The notes under the pieces were generated by a model that saw only the letters and a list, made by a program, of their open reading frames with translations, had not been told where the DNA came from and did not search any database. Source: Octopus bimaculoides (Eukaryota). From it: DNA of 32,880 nucleotides. Location of the stretch: assembly GCF_001194135.2 (NCBI RefSeq), contig NC_068984.1, positions 92,613,555 to 92,646,434 on the forward strand, in the 5' to 3' direction. Of the stretch, positions 1 through 10,382 are shown piece after piece (the stretch's first letter is position 1; each line of letters begins with the position of its first letter). The translations under genes were made by a program, and so were the position numbers.

Positions 1-320
1 GAGAAGACCCGGCAAGCCAAGTGAGATCGTTGCCAGTGCCCCTGGACTGGCTCTTGTGTGCGTGGCACATAGAATACACCATTTTGAGCGTGGCCATTGC
101 CAGTACCGCCTGACTGGCCTTCGTGCCAGTGGCATGTAAAAAGCACCCACTACACTCTCTGAGTGGTTGGCGTTAGGAAGGGCATCCAGCTGTAGAAACT
201 CTGCCAAATTAGATTGGAGCCTGGTGTTGCGATCCGGTTTCACCAGTCCTCAGTCAAATTGCCCAACCCATGCTAGCATGGAAAGCGGACGTTAAACGAT
301 GATGATGATGATGATGATGA
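1..320 (+). mobile_element. 3' end of RTE-type LINE (ORF2 end EKTRQAK*, 3' UTR, (GAT)n tail)
   Basis: Starts GAG AAG ACC CGG CAA GCC AAG TGA, like the EKTWKAK* end of the copy at 3986. Ends ggacgttaaac(gat)n. Confidence 0.8.
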
Positions 321-462
321 CTACACATATTTGTAGCTCTTCAGATATGTTGGCTAAAACAAACAATTGATGAATTACTGTCTTGTCTGATAGCCTATCT
401 CCATGGATGAGCTTAACAGACTAAGCTCCAGGGTTAATACCCAAATGAAACTTTATATATTT

Positions 463-625
463 CACACACACACACACACACACAAAATAGATCTCTTTCA
501 GTTTCTATCCACCAAATTCAATTACAATACTTTGGTTGGACCATGGTCATAGTAGAAGTCACTTTCTTGAGATACTGCACAATAGGACTGGACCTGAAAG
601 CACAAGGTTGTAAAGTACACAGCTA
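463..625 (-). mobile_element. Degraded tRNA-derived SINE fragment with (CA)n
   Basis: Reverse complement resembles the SINE at 20932-21330 (ttcagtttc...accaaatt, tagaag.cact). Confidence 0.55.
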
Positions 626-1267
626 CACCTGTACCTATCATATATGTACATATTGTGTGGGGTGGAGGCATGTATATATGAGAGATACAAAGTGAGTGAT
701 ACATAGTGAGACAGTGATAATGTGGTTGCAGTGATGTGGCTAATATAAAGATTGTTATAGTTATAGAATGAAATATATTTGTATACATTCATATATTACA
801 TTATGAAACTCACACACTCACTTTATGTATATGTGCATGTGTGAGTGCCACCACAAGGTCTAGACTTTGTTGCAGTGTGATGGCTTGTGTGCCTCAATGA
901 CCCTAAGTGCTATGCCAGCAGAATGCAAGCACCAGCTGGAGCCTCCCTTGCTTGACGGGTCAAATGATAGAGGCCAGACTAATATGGGCCACCTCTTCCC
1001 AGAGGTAAAAATGGGTTTACATAGGACCAACACCCTGACCTAAAAAATGGCAAAGTCACAGAAGTATTAATGACAACTCAAAGTCAAGAAGACCTGAGAG
1101 AAAAAAGTCTTCTCTCAGGGAAACATGCAGAATAATGAAGTAGAGCTGAAAAAGAGAGATCCAACTGGAGGAAGAGAAACAGAAAAGGCAGACCAGAGTC
1201 AAGAACAGCAGAATGAAGTTGTCAATAGTGTAAACTTTACAGGGAGTGAAAGGGCTTAAGTAAGTAG

Positions 1268-1395
1268 TGTGTGTGTGTGTGTGAGTGATATATCTATAAA
1301 CATCAGAGAGTGAGAGAGAGACAGACAGACAGACAAACAGACAGAGAGAGACAGAGGCAGAGAGACAGATAGACGGAGACAAAGACAGACAAACA
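1268..1395. repeat. Compound (GT)n/(GA)n/(GACA)n microsatellite
   Basis: Directly visible; explains the low-complexity ORF at 1056..1445. Confidence 0.9.
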
Positions 1396-1682
1396 TTCAC
1401 CCACTGTCTATTTGTGCTTTGATAGTCTTTTCCTGCATTACACAAAATATAAACAGAAATCTGAGTGAATCAAAGATATCAAATTGATATCATAATTTCG
1501 ATTATTTCAAACTCTTAATAATTAGCTAAATGATGAAAATGGTATACATTAGTATATTTTCTTTCTCTCAACGTATGATATCTTGTTAATAGGCACTTCA
1601 ACGATCTGAGGCCTGAAACCATAAGAAACCATAAAAGGTGAATTAACAACAAAATTTATTAAAAAATTTTAAAATGACTTAC

Positions 1683-1771
1683 TTCAATGTGATGATCAAC
1701 CAGGTGACTTTTTAATGCAGCTACTAAGTTTGAATCAGGGATATTGACTAGTCCAACTTTTAAAAACTTTT
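1683..1771 (-). CDS. CRPPA: Probable CRPPA/ISPD coding exon F: (E)KFLKVGLVNIPDSNLVAALKSHLVDHHIE
   Basis: Acceptor ctactttgatttccttAG and canonical donor GTAAGT. The phase 1 start matches the end of exon E and the frame is open (89 nt). Sequence similarity to human is only weak (LKSHL vs LKSEL). Confidence 0.75.
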
Positions 1772-3224
1772 CTAAGGAAATCAAAGTAGATAAATAAGTA
1801 ATACTGTGAAAATAATGTTTTAAATTCTTCACATCATATTTAATAACAAGCTAGAGAACAAACAATAAACCAAAATTTGCTGAGAGCTCTTCAATGATCT
1901 ATTCCATCTGTTAATTTATAAATTATTACATTAATGTTCTCTTGAGATTGATAATTTCTTTGGAAATGTACAAACTAAAAATATAATTCTTTGTCTATCA
2001 AGTTCTAGTTTTCAGCAATTTTATTCAAAGTATTATTATTATGAACTCAATTTTTCTAAACAATATGTAAGACATATTTATTGTTTGAGTAAACCCACAA
2101 ATACAATATGTGTATTCTCTGGGTTTTTTTAATGTTTTATTTGCTCATAGAAGTAAAGCAGTGGTTTGTTAAGTCCAAAGCTGTTTTAATTCTCAATTGT
2201 AAATATTTCAATACAATGAACTGTGAGGAGTGCAGTTTAGAATGTGCAAATGGATGGGAAACAATTTTATAGGCATATGAAAAGGACCCAGCATAGAGCA
2301 AGCTCATGCTTTGCATAGTTTCAAGAGGTATTTGAAGCATATCTCACACTAAAAAAGAAACCAAAATACACCATGACTATGTGGTATGTATGTGATTGCC
2401 TAGTGAAGTTATCCGAGTTTTCAAAGCCTAGTATTCATGAGAAGTTTGAGGATTTTAGCTGTTTGTTGTGATTGATGAATGAAACTGAGTATCATGTCAA
2501 ATTGTAAAAGGGTTTTCAAATCTCTGATCACAGAAGAGTGTACAGTAATTATTTCTCATAATCTGACATACTTTTTGCACCTTGTATACCTATATGAAAA
2601 TCCAATACTTGGCTGGCTTTTAAATCAGAACAATATATCAGTCAATACAGTATTCAGAAAGTGATAAATAATTCTATGCTTTTCCATGACAATTCAGTTG
2701 GTTTTCAATTTGTTTCAATGTGTCAAGAATTTAGTACTTAAAACAACTGGGTGTTTTAATGTTAACTGAAATTGGCATAACTATAGGGTCAATGAGCATG
2801 ATAAAAATCTCCTGTTAAAATCTCTTGCTAAAATCAATTAGACTTCATAATTATCATAGTTGAACACTCATTCATTTACAGTTACATTTATACAGGTGTG
2901 CATGAGTGCTTGTGTGTGTATGTGCATTTTTGCTTCCAAATGTATGCAACACGCTGGACTTTGCTAAAGTTATTTAAGAAGTAGGTGGGAATATTAAACT
3001 GGGCAATGAATTAGGTCTATCCTCTCAAGATCAATAGTTTTCTTTAGGAAGCAGTTTAGAATGTGCATATGTGTGAGGAACACTATTTGTGGAGCAAACT
3101 TGTACTTTCAAAGGTATCAACAGCTGTTAGGAGCTGCAGTACTTACTGATCTTGAAAAAGAAACCTAGTCCATATGAACGCACAGAGCTGTAAGAGTAAC
3201 ACACACACACCACACAACAAGCTT

Positions 3225-3372
3225 CCATATTTTTTCCATCTACCAAATTCGCTCACAAGGCATTGATCATCCCAGAGCTAAAATAGAAGACACTTGCCCA
3301 AGATACTACACAGTGGGACTGAACCCAAAACCATGTGACTAAAAAGTTGACTTCTTAACTATACAACCATTA
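3225..3372 (-). mobile_element. tRNA-derived SINE 5' part (same family as 20932)
   Basis: Contains tagaagacacttgcccaag and cagtgggactgaaccc, the reverse complement of the SINE head. Confidence 0.75.
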
Positions 3373-3417
3373 GAAGTCATCAGAGATTGCAATGTGTATC
3401 ATTATAAAAAGTTCAGT

Positions 3418-4560
3418 GTCATCATCATCATCATCATCATCATTTAACATCTGCTTTCCATGCTGGCATGGGTTGGACAGTTTGACTGAGAACTGTCAAG
3501 CCAGAAGGCTGTACCAGGCTCCAGTCTGATCTGACAAGGTTTCTACTGTTGGATGCTCTTCCTAACGCCAACAACTCTGAGATTGTCGTGGGTGCTTTTT
3601 ACATGCCACCAGCACAGGGGCCACTCAGGCATCGACCACACTCAAATGGTGCTTTTTATATGCCACCAGCATGGGAGCCAGTCAGGTGGCACTGGCATCG
3701 ATCATGTTCAAATGGTGCTTTTTACGTGCCACCAGCACAGGAGCCACTCAGTCAGCACTGGCATCGAACACGCTTGAATGGTGCTTTTTACATGCCACTG
3801 GCATTGGCATCGGCCACGCTCGAATGGTGCTTTTTACATACCAGTTAGGTGGCACTGGCATCAATCATGACTACGATTTCACTTGACTCAGCAAGTCTTC
3901 TCAAACACAGCATATTGCCTGACAACTGAAGGATACTTTTAAATGGGCCGGTTATACGACACTGGCACCGGCCACAGCTATAATCTCACTTGGCTTTCCA
4001 GGTCTTCTCAAGCACAGCATATCTCCAAAGATCTTGATCGCTTGTCATTGCCTCTGTAAGGCTCAACGTTTGAAGGTCGTGCTTCACCACCTCATCCCAT
4101 GTCTTCCTGGGTCTACCTCTTCCACAGGCTCCCTCTACTGTTAGGGTGTGACACTTCTTTACACAGCTGTCTACATCCATAAGCAACACATGACCATACC
4201 AGTGCAGTTGTCTCTCTTGCACACCACATCTGATGCTTCTTATGTCCAACTTTTCTCTCGGAGTGCTTACACTCTGCCAAGTAAGCACACTGACATTACA
4301 CATCTAGCGGAGAATACTAGCTTCATTTCTTTCAAGCCTATGCATGTTCTGAGCAGTCACAGCCCATGTTTCACAGCTGTGTAGCATGGCTGTTTGCACA
4401 CATGCATCATACAGTCTACCTTTTACTCTGAGCGAGAGACCTTTTGTTATCAGCAGAGGTAGGAGCTCTCTGAACTTTGCCCAGGCTATTCTTATTCTAG
4501 CAGCTATGCTCTCAGAGCATTCACCCCTGCTACTGACTTAGTCACCTCGGTAACAGCAGC
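3418..4560 (-). mobile_element. 5'-truncated RTE LINE: ORF2 C-terminus, 3' UTR with tandem repeats, (GAT)n tail
   Basis: ORF 3986..4303 has WYGHV...CGRGRPRKTWDEVVKHDL...LWRYAVLEKT, typical of the RTE C-terminus. Upstream reads as the decayed FRELLPLLITKGLSLRVKGRLYDAC segment. (CAT)n tail at about 3418-3443. Confidence 0.9.
3590..3870. repeat. Five degenerate tandem units (about 46-66 bp), each starting GGTGCTTTTTA
   Basis: The anchor recurs near 3590, 3647, 3714, 3780 and 3826, inside the RTE 3' UTR. Confidence 0.85.
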
Positions 4561-5129
4561 TAGTCATTGAATGAAACTAGGTTGTTATAATTACCATTCA
4601 AAGCATTATTTAGACAAGATTTTCCTTTATGAACTCAATTTTTCTAAACAATATGTAAAACTTATCTATTATTTGAGTAAACCACAAATATAATATATGT
4701 ACTCTCTGGGATTTTTAATGATTTATTTGCATATAGAAGCTGTGGTCTGTCAATTTCAAGACTGTATAATTATCAATGTTTCTGTGGGACATGGTTGTTG
4801 ATGTTTTTTCTTCAAAGATTCATTCTTGGCCAATTGAGTAGACATATGCACAAAGCATTCCAATTATAACTACCCTGTCTCTCCCTCAAACAAGGACTAC
4901 ATTAATTCATGAGTCCCCACCCTTTCAAAATGATAGGGTATAATATGAGAAATTTGACCACAATTTGAGCAATCGATTCAGGCTCTTTGATTGGCTTGTG
5001 CAAGACATAATTGATGATTTTGATTAAGTAAAGGGCAACAACTCGACTTTTATCAAAGTTTTCAAAAACAAGTTATTCTTGGTATGTGATGTGTGAAAAC
5101 AATAATTATTTTTAAATAAACAATCATTA

Positions 5130-5352
5130 TTTTTTATCTTTTATCTTTTTCTTGTTTTAGTCATTAGACTATGGCCATGCTGGGGAATTGCCTTGAAGAA
5201 ATTTTAGTCAAATGAACTGACCCCAGTACTTTTCTTTTAAGCCTGGAACTTGATTTCTTTTGTTAGTTGCTAAATTATGGGAGATTAAACACACCAGCAT
5301 CAGATATCAAGTGGTGGCGGGGCACAAATACAGACATACACACACACACACA
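5130..5352 (-). mobile_element. 3' part of tRNA-derived SINE with (CA)n
   Basis: Reverse complement of 21130-21330 (ttagtcatt.gact.tggccatgctgg, gaccccag, acaccagcatcag). Confidence 0.75.
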
Positions 5353-5759
5353 TATATTAAAGTTATTTTGCACAGAGGAAGAGAAGTAATTGAAGATAAC
5401 AAGAACAGAAAGCTTTAAAACTGAAAATAGTCACTTTACATAAGATTACATTTTAATTAAATATGAGCTAGGAATGAATTTGGAATTAGAATTATTAGAC
5501 TCTGAGCAAAGAATTCCCTTTCAATCATTATGAAGCAATATATCAAAGATACACATGATAGTATTTTTGATAATCACAGTACCTCTTTTGAATAGACAAA
5601 AATTTCCTTTGTCACTAGCAAGTTATCAGAATGTCTTCCATTCTGTTATTACAGGCACCTGAATCAGACATATCTACTATTATTTTACTTACATTATTGA
5701 TAACACCTAGAAGAAGAGCTTTGACCAGGAGGAACTGATACTATCAGAGAGTATCCAAC

Positions 5760-6425
5760 AATCATTGGGTGTTTTGACCCAGGACTATAACACCCTCCCA
5801 GTAGTGAGGCAAATTATTGCTCATCATCACTTCCTGGTTTCTAGCTTAACTCTTCTCTCTTGCTCCATAACCAGCAAGAGGCTCTTTCTGCTGCCTGTTC
5901 CACCCTACGCACAGCCATTTTTCTCTCTTTTTCTCTCATTCCAATGGCTGTAAGCATCCTCCATGTAGTCTGAGCAGGTAATCCCCCACAGCCAACCTTG
6001 ACTGAGAAAATCCACGACTATCACTCCTTCTCTCACCAATCCTGCAAAAGGCTCTTATACTTTGCATGCTTGCATTCAAAGACCTGATTACACCATTCTT
6101 CCCACAAGGCTAAGCATGATCAAGATTATTTTATTTGCTTTTTCTGGTCACAAGGGTGTATAGATGACCTGAGAAAACTGCAGACATGCCCCCAGGTCTG
6201 TTTTCATATTCCATGATTGGGCCTCATATAGTAGACTATTTGTCTTTTTTGCTGTCCTCACTGACTTTGCTCCTTTCATGAATTTGATTGCTGCTGTTTT
6301 CCTTTGCTGATGGTCTTTCTTGAGCCTTTCCTGTTCCAGGGCATGAGTAAGTGTTGCAAGTATCTTGTCATGGCACCACTTGTGTCACACTTGAGTAAGT
6401 GCTATTTTTTAGCCTGACAAGGTTA
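5760..6425 (-). mobile_element. Decayed 3' fragment of a HERO-like (R2 superfamily) non-LTR retrotransposon with restriction-like endonuclease
   Basis: Translation across stops and frameshifts: LSG.KIALTQ..KWCHDKIL; EAQSWNMKTDLG..LQF; IILI..WEE...KHAKYKSLL; SWIFSVKVGC; AAERASCWLWSKREE. Confidence 0.8.
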
Positions 6426-6952
6426 TTACTTATTCACTAATGAGTAAGTTTTTAAAATGATCTGGCAGTTACCTAGTCCAGAAGTAGAGCAGTGTCTTTA
6501 ATCTTTGTAAACCCTCTCAAACTGACAAGGTCACTATTGTTTTAAGCTCAGAGCAAGCATCTGGAAGTTACATCTGTAGTTGAATTAATTTCATTAGATA
6601 TTTGATGTAGTTTTGGTAGGAAAGGGGGAACTGAAGGGAGAATAACTCATAAGTTATTACTAACCACAATTTTGATCCTGCAAATGAACTAGCTGAATGT
6701 CAATGGTCAAGTTTAGGTTTTTGAAAATTTGTAAACTAAATTTATAATTTCAGTTTCTTTCTACATTTGAGACCATAGAAGAAACACTTTTACTTTCCAC
6801 ATGCTACTTTATTATACACACTTGATTTCATTATCCCATATGTCAAAACAGCATCCTACCCACAAAACAACTGACCAATTCTGTTTTCTTTCAAAAACCA
6901 GTATATAAAGTGCAATAGGATAATAAGAAACTGTCAAAAGATGAAACAATAC

Positions 6953-6998
6953 CTTTCAGTGTTCCTTCTGCTGTATACAAATCTTTTCTATAGGTCAC
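6953..6998 (-). CDS. CRPPA: CRPPA/ISPD coding exon E: VTYRKDLYTAEGTLK
   Basis: Acceptor tctgtttcttAG and donor GTattg. 46 nt. Completes the LWK|VTYxxDL motif (human VTYKRDLYAAESIIK). Confidence 0.93.
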
Positions 6999-8434
6999 CT
7001 AAGAAACAGAAGTTTATAGTTAACAATTATTAAAACATTAAGTTGGATATAAATTTTAGAAAAGATAATCATTATCACATCATTTTTATTAATTGAACGT
7101 TGATGATTGCATGGATCACTTGTATCTGCTGTGCAATTATATTTCCATGCATTTTGTTACAATATTATCTCAACAATGAAATTCATAACTAATAAAACCA
7201 TTTCAACAAGAGTTTTTGTTTTGTTCTGATCAACACACAGAACCACTTGTTCAATATAATCCTTTGATTCACCAAATGACTGAAAACTAAAGTTAATGCA
7301 AACATTCAGAAAGAGTAATGTTTAAGAGACAACAAATGTGAGACACAGAAAAAGACTAAAAACTGAGAAATAATTATACAGTGATCTGAAAGAGAAATTG
7401 AATAACTTAAAAAATCACGAGGAAATGTCAAACTTTCTTCCATCATAACTGAAAACATGTCTGAAGTAAATATGTCCAGATATTCTCAATGTATTTCAAC
7501 AAAGAATGCCAGTAGATACTGACATGTCCATGTATTAAGTAATATCAAGACCATCATCATACTAGCCCACTTATGTACAATTTTGTTTTCCAGCCATGAA
7601 GAAGTTGTTAGCTACAGTAAGTTTTATTGATCAAATATTTGATTTTAGTATATTATTTTATAATAAGATATATTTTAGTTTCTTGATATAAGTCAAATAA
7701 TATACACAAATCTGAAAATTTTTATTCATACTTGTTATTTATATACTTCTCCAGTTTTCTAATTAAGATTGATATGGTATACATAGATGTTCCTCAAATT
7801 ATTTTCTGAAATTTTAAACAGTAAGGGAAGTTTCTTGCAGATTTATTATGAAAAAATATCTACACAGAATTTTTTTCCACATAATTTTTGGGTTATTCCA
7901 CTACTTCAATTTGTAAACAAGTTTCAACACTATTCTGCGATCAATATTTTTCAGCTTAGTGTACTGAGTTGTTGATGAAACATATGAAATGTATTTATTT
8001 AGCAATGTATTATATTCAATATTTATTATCTTGTTAGTTTTCATATGCATAAAAACATTCATTGACACATACTTTGTGAACATTTTGCATAGCCTCTTAT
8101 ACTTGAACTTACACATTTGAAGAACAAGAAAGAAAATCAGTATTTGCATAAAACATAGGAAATATTTCTCAAATTCAATTTTAATAATTATAATTTTCTA
8201 AATGCTTAGTCATTAGGAAATGTAACAAAATAAACTATGTATATGACTTTTAAAAAGCATGATCTGACAATCAAATTTATCAGCTGGTAGGTGACCAGAT
8301 GGCTAGCAAAACTTTCTAAAGTTTCTGCAAGAAGTACTAAATTCAATTACATCAAAAGCCACAAAGAAGCTTGCAACTACAACAACAACAATAAAGATGA
8401 TGATGATGATGATAAATAGATAGAATAAAATTAC

Positions 8435-8539
8435 CTTCCATAACGAAGATGGTCCATCAATGAGGTAGGCATTAACATTAGTATATTTCTGTACTAATTG
8501 TAGACATTCAGATCCATTCTCAAAGTCATCGTTTGTACA
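8435..8539 (-). CDS. CRPPA: CRPPA/ISPD coding exon D: CTNDDFENGSECLQLVQKYTNVNAYLIDGPSSLWK
   Basis: Acceptor cttaattacAG and donor GTaatt. 105 nt, phase 0/0. Matches human CSDYDLEFGTECLQLALKY...GSPDLWK. Confidence 0.95.
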
Positions 8540-8795
8540 CTGTAATTAAGCAATGTAAAATTAATATACATTAGAATTTACAAAGACGAAAAATTACTCA
8601 CTACAAAAGTTTATGGTAAATATTTATAACAGTCATTAATCCTACTTTTACAAATCCTCACTTACCATGCATAATCTCTACTCTAACATATAAACAAAAG
8701 GAATTTATAAATGTTCAACAGAGTTTCATAGAAATACTGAAGAATATGAAAACAAGCTCACTTGAAAATAAAAGAAAAACTAGAGAATAATTTAC

Positions 8796-8945
8796 CATTT
8801 CATAAGCTTTCTTTATAATGTCATGCTTGAAGCCCTGTGGCATCTCACTAGCATGATACAGATTTCTATCAAGAGAGTTTTTGAGAAAATTGTCAGAATT
8901 TACTGCAACAACAGTTGAGATCAAAGGGCGGACAATTCCAGCTGC
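8796..8945 (-). CDS. CRPPA: CRPPA/ISPD coding exon C: AAGIVRPLISTVVAVNSDNFLKNSLDRNLYHASEMPQGFKHDIIKKAYEM
   Basis: Acceptor cttgtttttgcAG and donor GTaaat. 150 nt, phase 0/0. Contains RPLxSTVV and ASEMPQxF, characteristic of animal ISPD. Confidence 0.95.
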
Positions 8946-9177
8946 CTGCAAAAACAAGTAAGATACATATTTGGAAAATTTTTAAATAACTGGAATTTTA
9001 CCTCTTTCCTAATAACTTACAACATCATATCATTGAGATTGAGATAATTTTGTTCCAGAATTGTTTACCTATTACAATAACAATAACTAGGTACACATTT
9101 TGGTACACAAAATACACTGAAGTCAAAGTTGTAGTTGTTAAAAAAGGAAATGATTTGTTTAGTGAAAGTAATTAATC

Positions 9178-9600
9178 AGGAATGGCTGTGTGGTAAGTAG
9201 CTTGCTTACAAACCACATGATTCCAGGTTCGTCTCACTGTGTGGCACCTTGGGCAAGTGTCTTCTACTATAGCCTCGGGCCGACCAAAGCCTTGTAAGTG
9301 GATTTGATAGAGGGAAACTGAAAGAAGCCTGTCGTGTATATATATATATATATATATATNNNNNNNNNNNNNNNNNNNNNNNNNNNNNNNNNNNNNNNNN
9401 NNNNNNNNNNNNNNNNNNNNNNNNNNNNNNNNNNNNNNNNNNNNNNNNNNNNNNNNNNNNNNNNNNNNNNNNNNNNNNNNNNNNNNNNNNNNNNNNNNNN
9501 NNNNNNNNNTAGAATAAGTGCTAGGCTTACAAAGACTAAGTCCTGGGTCAATTTGCTTGGCCGCAGTCAAATGACTGAAACAAATAAAAGAATAAAAAGA
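9178..9600 (+). mobile_element. tRNA-derived SINE with an internal (TA)n that runs into an assembly gap
   Basis: Head ggctgtgtggtaagtagcttgctt and tail tagaataagt.ctaggctt...aatgactgaaac, both shared with 20932-21330. Confidence 0.85.
9360..9509. other. Assembly gap (150 N)
   Basis: Run of N. Confidence 1.
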
Positions 9601-9714
9601 ATTTCTCTCTCTCTCTCCCTTCCTCACTCTCTGTGCATATGTGTGTGTATGTGTGTGTTTGTATAAAATATATATGTAGGTATGTATCACACACACACAC
9701 ACACACACACATAT

Positions 9715-9885
9715 ATTTATGTATAGGGGAGAATTTACAAAAAAACAAAAGACAAAGACAGGCGGTGTAGACAACAAACAGACGTATTAGTTTAATGCTC
9801 GGGAAGTGAAAAAGTCTTTAACGTTTCGAGCCTACACTCTTTCACAGAAAGAAATAAGGGGAGAAAATAAAGAGAGAAAATATTT
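9715..9885 (-). mobile_element. Penelope-like terminal repeat fragment (family 2) carrying a hammerhead-like motif
   Basis: Near-copy at 32070-32250. The minus strand reads TCTTT CTGTGAAA GAGT GTAG GCTC GAAACGTT AAAGA. The Penelope assignment is inferred from the motif architecture. Confidence 0.6.
9815..9852 (-). ncRNA. Minimal type I hammerhead-ribozyme-like motif with a non-canonical core
   Basis: Stem I UCUUU/AAAGA; stem II GAGU/GCUC with GUAG loop; GAAA followed by the palindrome AACGUU. The core reads CUGUGAA rather than CUGANGA. Confidence 0.5.
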
Positions 9886-9911
9886 ATGTATACACATATA
9901 TATGCATATAT

Positions 9912-10195
9912 GAGGGTGCATGGCCTAGTGGTTAGGGTGTTGCACTCACAATCATGAGATTGAGGTTTCAATACCTAGATCAGGTGGTGTGTTGTGTTTT
10001 GAACAAAACACTTCATCTCACGTTGCTCTGTGATCACTTTGACACATGATACAAAGTACACAATGCACCTGTTCAAGTAACATCAAGTCGATGGAGTGAG
10101 TGAACTAATGTACAACACATACATATGATCACTATAAACAAATCATTTGTGCAGTTCGTTTGGCAAAAGCTGAACACTCATGTGTTGTCTTCAAA
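9912..10195 (+). mobile_element. tRNA-derived SINE (second family)
   Basis: A-box-like tggcctagtggttagg and B-box-like ggtttcaatacc, then gaacaaaacactt; the head is related to the SINE at 15247. Confidence 0.7.
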
Positions 10196-10382
10196 GTCCA
10201 TCATATATGCATATACAACATACTTGGATACACACACATATATACACATACATGTACCCAAATATGCATATATGTATTTACGGCCTTAGACTGTTTCTCT
10301 ACTTACTATTCTCCAGGGATCTGGGGATTTTGGTAAGTAGAATGACCAAGGGCTTCAACATTGACACCAAATATATATATAT

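Noticed and set aside
850-1060. Resemblance to an RTE 5' UTR
   Set aside because: The similarity is only impressionistic, and no downstream endonuclease motifs follow.
3549-3886. Three overlapping repetitive ORFs (GAFYMPPA, MVLFTCHQH)
   Set aside because: Translations of the tandem units in an RTE 3' UTR, open in several frames; not a protein and not a CRISPR array.
5582-5625. Candidate exon after exon E (VTKEIFVYSKE)
   Set aside because: Poor polypyrimidine tract; 1683-1771 has much better splice signals and the right phase.
7200-7280. Open minus-strand stretch SFGESKDYIEQVVLCVDQNKTKTLVEM that looks like an exon
   Set aside because: It lies between exons D and E and would interrupt the conserved LWK|VTY motif. 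The donor is weak.
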